Part shown: positions 55,740 through 57,796 of the stretch, piece by piece
Layout of the letters: every line of letters starts with the position of its first letter
Position numbering within the stretch: the stretch's first letter is position 1
Origin: Pseudomonadota bacterium
GTDB taxonomy: Bacteria > UBA10199 > 2-02-FULL-44-16 > JBDRGF01
Assembly: GCA_043818055.1 (NCBI GenBank)
Contig: JBDRGF010000014.1
Coordinates: forward strand, 1-57,796
Direction of reading: 5' to 3'
Length of the DNA: 57,796 nucleotides
Position numbers and translations under genes: made by a program
Notes under the pieces: model-generated
Seen by the model: the letters and a program-made list of their open reading frames with translations, nothing else
The model's database searches: none
What the model was told of the DNA's origin: nothing

Positions 55740-56381
55740 CTATGAAATCTGTGTTATCTCTGCACGGCGCTTGAAAGGCAGACGATAAATTAAATAGCTG
55801 ACATTTATATCATCCGCCAAACCCTCATCAACCTTGTGCAGTAGTCCCATAAAGAGAATGCCAGTTTCACCTTTATTCAAGGTTTTATCAATCCTATTTT
55901 TTATGAATGTATCTCTATTCTTTAGCAGTTTAGCAGCAGCATCTTCATATTCTTGAGTGGCCTTCTCTTGAGCCTCTTTTGTGTGCGCCTCTCCCAACTT
56001 CTTGATGTAACTATACTCTCTCAACAAGAGTGGAGCATCCTCTGTTCCTTCTATCTTGGCCCCGCTTTCTAGCAACCAGGCAACTATCTCGTGATTTTTA
56101 CTCCCTTGAGCCGCCAGATCTTTTATAATCTCTTTTTCCTTCCCACATACAGGCAAACCATCCTGATAAACTCTCACTCTTGACCAGTCTAGATTAAGTC
56201 TTTTTATCTTATCCCTTAGCCCCTCCCACATTTGATCTATCATTCGGACATGCTGCTGCCATTTCCCTGCCCCAAACTTCTTCACATACTCCTGCTTAAG
56301 AGATACGCTCATACTCCCCATATCAGCTTGGGTATGAATAACAGGCACATAGATTAGATTTCTACTATTTTTTATATTCAA
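55740..56381 (-). CDS. Conserved hypothetical protein
   Basis: 213 aa; YVPVIHT.ADMGS, VYQDGLP, RD.FI, LFMG.LH motifs; coupled to its neighbours. Confidence 0.75.
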   Translation of the reverse strand: MNIKNSRNLIYVPVIHTQADMGSMSVSLKQEYVKKFGAGKWQQHVRMIDQMWEGLRDKIKRLNLDWSRVRVYQDGLPVCGKEKEIIKDLAAQGSKNHEIVAWLLESGAKIEGTEDAPLLLREYSYIKKLGEAHTKEAQEKATQEYEDAAAKLLKNRDTFIKNRIDKTLNKGETGILFMGLLHKVDEGLADDINVSYLIYRLPFKRRAEITQIS

Positions 56382-56767
56382 ACTCTTGTCTCCTCCAACC
56401 CTTCTCTCACCATAGACTTAACAAACTCCGCATTAAAGGGTTTGGTTATATAATCATAAGCCCCCAGTTGCATAGCTTCCCTCGCCGTCCCCAGCGTACC
56501 ATAAGCAGTGAGTATTATAACTACAGCATCTTGATTGAAATCGCGTAGTTTGCGTAACGTTTCTATTCCATCCATACCCGGCATTTTTATATCTAAGAGG
56601 ATCAAATCTGCCGGTTTCCCCTTCATCAATGAAAGTGCCCGAGCACCGCTCGTAGCAGTACAAACCTCGTAACCATCTTGTAATAATATCTTTTTCAAAA
56701 TATCGCACACACCCTTTTCATCATCCACTACTAAAACGGCTTTTATTTTTTTAGATTTTGATGTCAT
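56378..56767 (-). CDS. Single-domain response regulator
   Basis: VVDDE, LLDIKMPGMDG, TAY, KPF. Confidence 0.95.
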   Translation of the reverse strand: MTSKSKKIKAVLVVDDEKGVCDILKKILLQDGYEVCTATSGARALSLMKGKPADLILLDIKMPGMDGIETLRKLRDFNQDAVVIILTAYGTLGTAREAMQLGAYDYITKPFNAEFVKSMVREGLEETRV

Positions 56768-56800
56768 CCCCCCCCCTTTTTTTTTTCAAAAAACAAACAA

Positions 56801-57796
56801 TCATCTCTTCTTCGAAATTGGCAATTTAACTGTGAATGTTGCTCCAACTCCCTTTTTGCTCTTTACATCGACAATCCCATCATGACTCTCAACTATCGAA
56901 TGAACAACCGAGAGTCCCAAACCAGTCCCTTCACCAGCCTTTCTGGTAGAGTAAAACGGTTCAAATATCCTGCGCAAGTGTTTTTTTGGAATACCTGGAC
57001 CAGTATCCCGAAAGGAAACACAGATCCAATTAGAATTCTCCGTGAAAGTCCTTATGTAGAGTTTGCCTCCTTTATTCATAGCGTGTTGAGAATTTAACAT
57101 AAGATTCATAAACACCTGTTGAAGAAGATTGGCATCCCCAACTATTACTGGAAGACGCGCGGCTAATCGCATCACAGTTTCAACCTTGGCCATCCGAAGT
57201 TGATGCTCTAACATCTTCACGGCCCTGTTGATTATTTTGGTAACACTCATCTCCTCTCTCTCCACCTTCCCCTTGTGAGAGAAATGTAACAAATTGGCAA
57301 CTATCTCACCACAACGGCTGGCCTGCTCTTCAACCGTCTCCAAGGTCTCCGAAAGCTCTTTCGCCTGCTTCTTATCGATAAGAGCAAACTGGCCTAAGTT
57401 AGCAATAAGATATTGCACATTACCAACAACTATACTCAAAGGATTATTTATCTCATGCGCCACGCTTGCAGTAAATCTTCCCACTGCCGACATCCTATCA
57501 GAGTGTCTGAGTTGCTCTTCAAGATGCATTCTTTCAGTAACATCCTCCATGATCAACATTGCATTGAATCTACGCCCAATACGCTCTTTAAATCTGACGA
57601 TTTGATAGTCATAGTATTTAGTCTTTAATTCAAACTGGCCTTTGATTACCTCTTCAAATTTTATTACTTTTAATATTTTCTCATCTAGATCCAGATTATG
57701 GTACCCCTTTCCCAATGCAGTTTCTAATGATTTTCCTATGACAGCATCTCTCTTCTTTCCCATCTTTTTTAGAAAATGTTCATTTGCAAAACTAAC
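56801..57796 (-). CDS. PAS sensor histidine kinase, 5' end beyond the window
   Basis: AHEINNPL, DTGPG, GTGLGL; frame is open to the window edge (VSFANEHFLKKMGK). Confidence 0.92.
   Translation of the reverse strand, partial: VSFANEHFLKKMGKKRDAVIGKSLETALGKGYHNLDLDEKILKVIKFEEVIKGQFELKTKYYDYQIVRFKERIGRRFNAMLIMEDVTERMHLEEQLRHSDRMSAVGRFTASVAHEINNPLSIVVGNVQYLIANLGQFALIDKKQAKELSETLETVEEQASRCGEIVANLLHFSHKGKVEREEMSVTKIINRAVKMLEHQLRMAKVETVMRLAARLPVIVGDANLLQQVFMNLMLNSQHAMNKGGKLYIRTFTENSNWICVSFRDTGPGIPKKHLRRIFEPFYSTRKAGEGTGLGLSVVHSIVESHDGIVDVKSKKGVGATFTVKLPISKKR

Noticed and set aside
2822..57628. Numerous short ORFs nested in or antisense to long genes
   Set aside because: Shadow frames with no recognisable motifs

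Overview
AT-rich bacterial window; the gene content (sigma-54 promoters, NtrC-type regulator, PAS kinases) looks deltaproteobacteria-like, but taxonomy cannot be established from this sequence. Four parts. (1) 1-20.1 kb: three tandem, strongly diverged copies of an uncharacterised two-gene cassette. Each has a ~305-340 aa basic protein without a signal peptide behind a sigma-28-like promoter (GCAAC-N15-RCCGATAAT), then a 1.5-1.7 kaa secreted protein behind a sigma-54 promoter. The large proteins have a signal peptide, an acidic N-domain, an internal AxA-QE motif, a gluzincin-like region (HExxH intact in copy 3 only) and a ~500 aa Cys-rich tail. A probable ORF-less group II intron sits just upstream of copies 1 (truncated, fused to an IS1380 remnant) and 2. 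(2) 20.1-28.5 kb: a MITE, a yedF fragment, rlmH, a compact trimeric [FeFe]-hydrogenase, hypothetical genes and REP-like palindromes. (3) 28.5-32.7 kb: a toxin-antitoxin/defence patch with a Fic-HTH gene, an XRE pseudogene, an MqsR-MqsA-like pair with a third coupled gene, and an AbiE remnant. (4) 32.7-57.8 kb, minus strand: a ~17 kb sigma-54-driven gas vesicle cluster (2x gvpA, gvpN, gvpG, gvpK, gvpJ-like, gvpO-like, 5x gvpL/F) with embedded Hsp70, Hsp20, CDC48, ArsA/GET3 and split DnaJ parts, preceded by ParA, FlhG-like, NtrC-like and histidine kinase genes.
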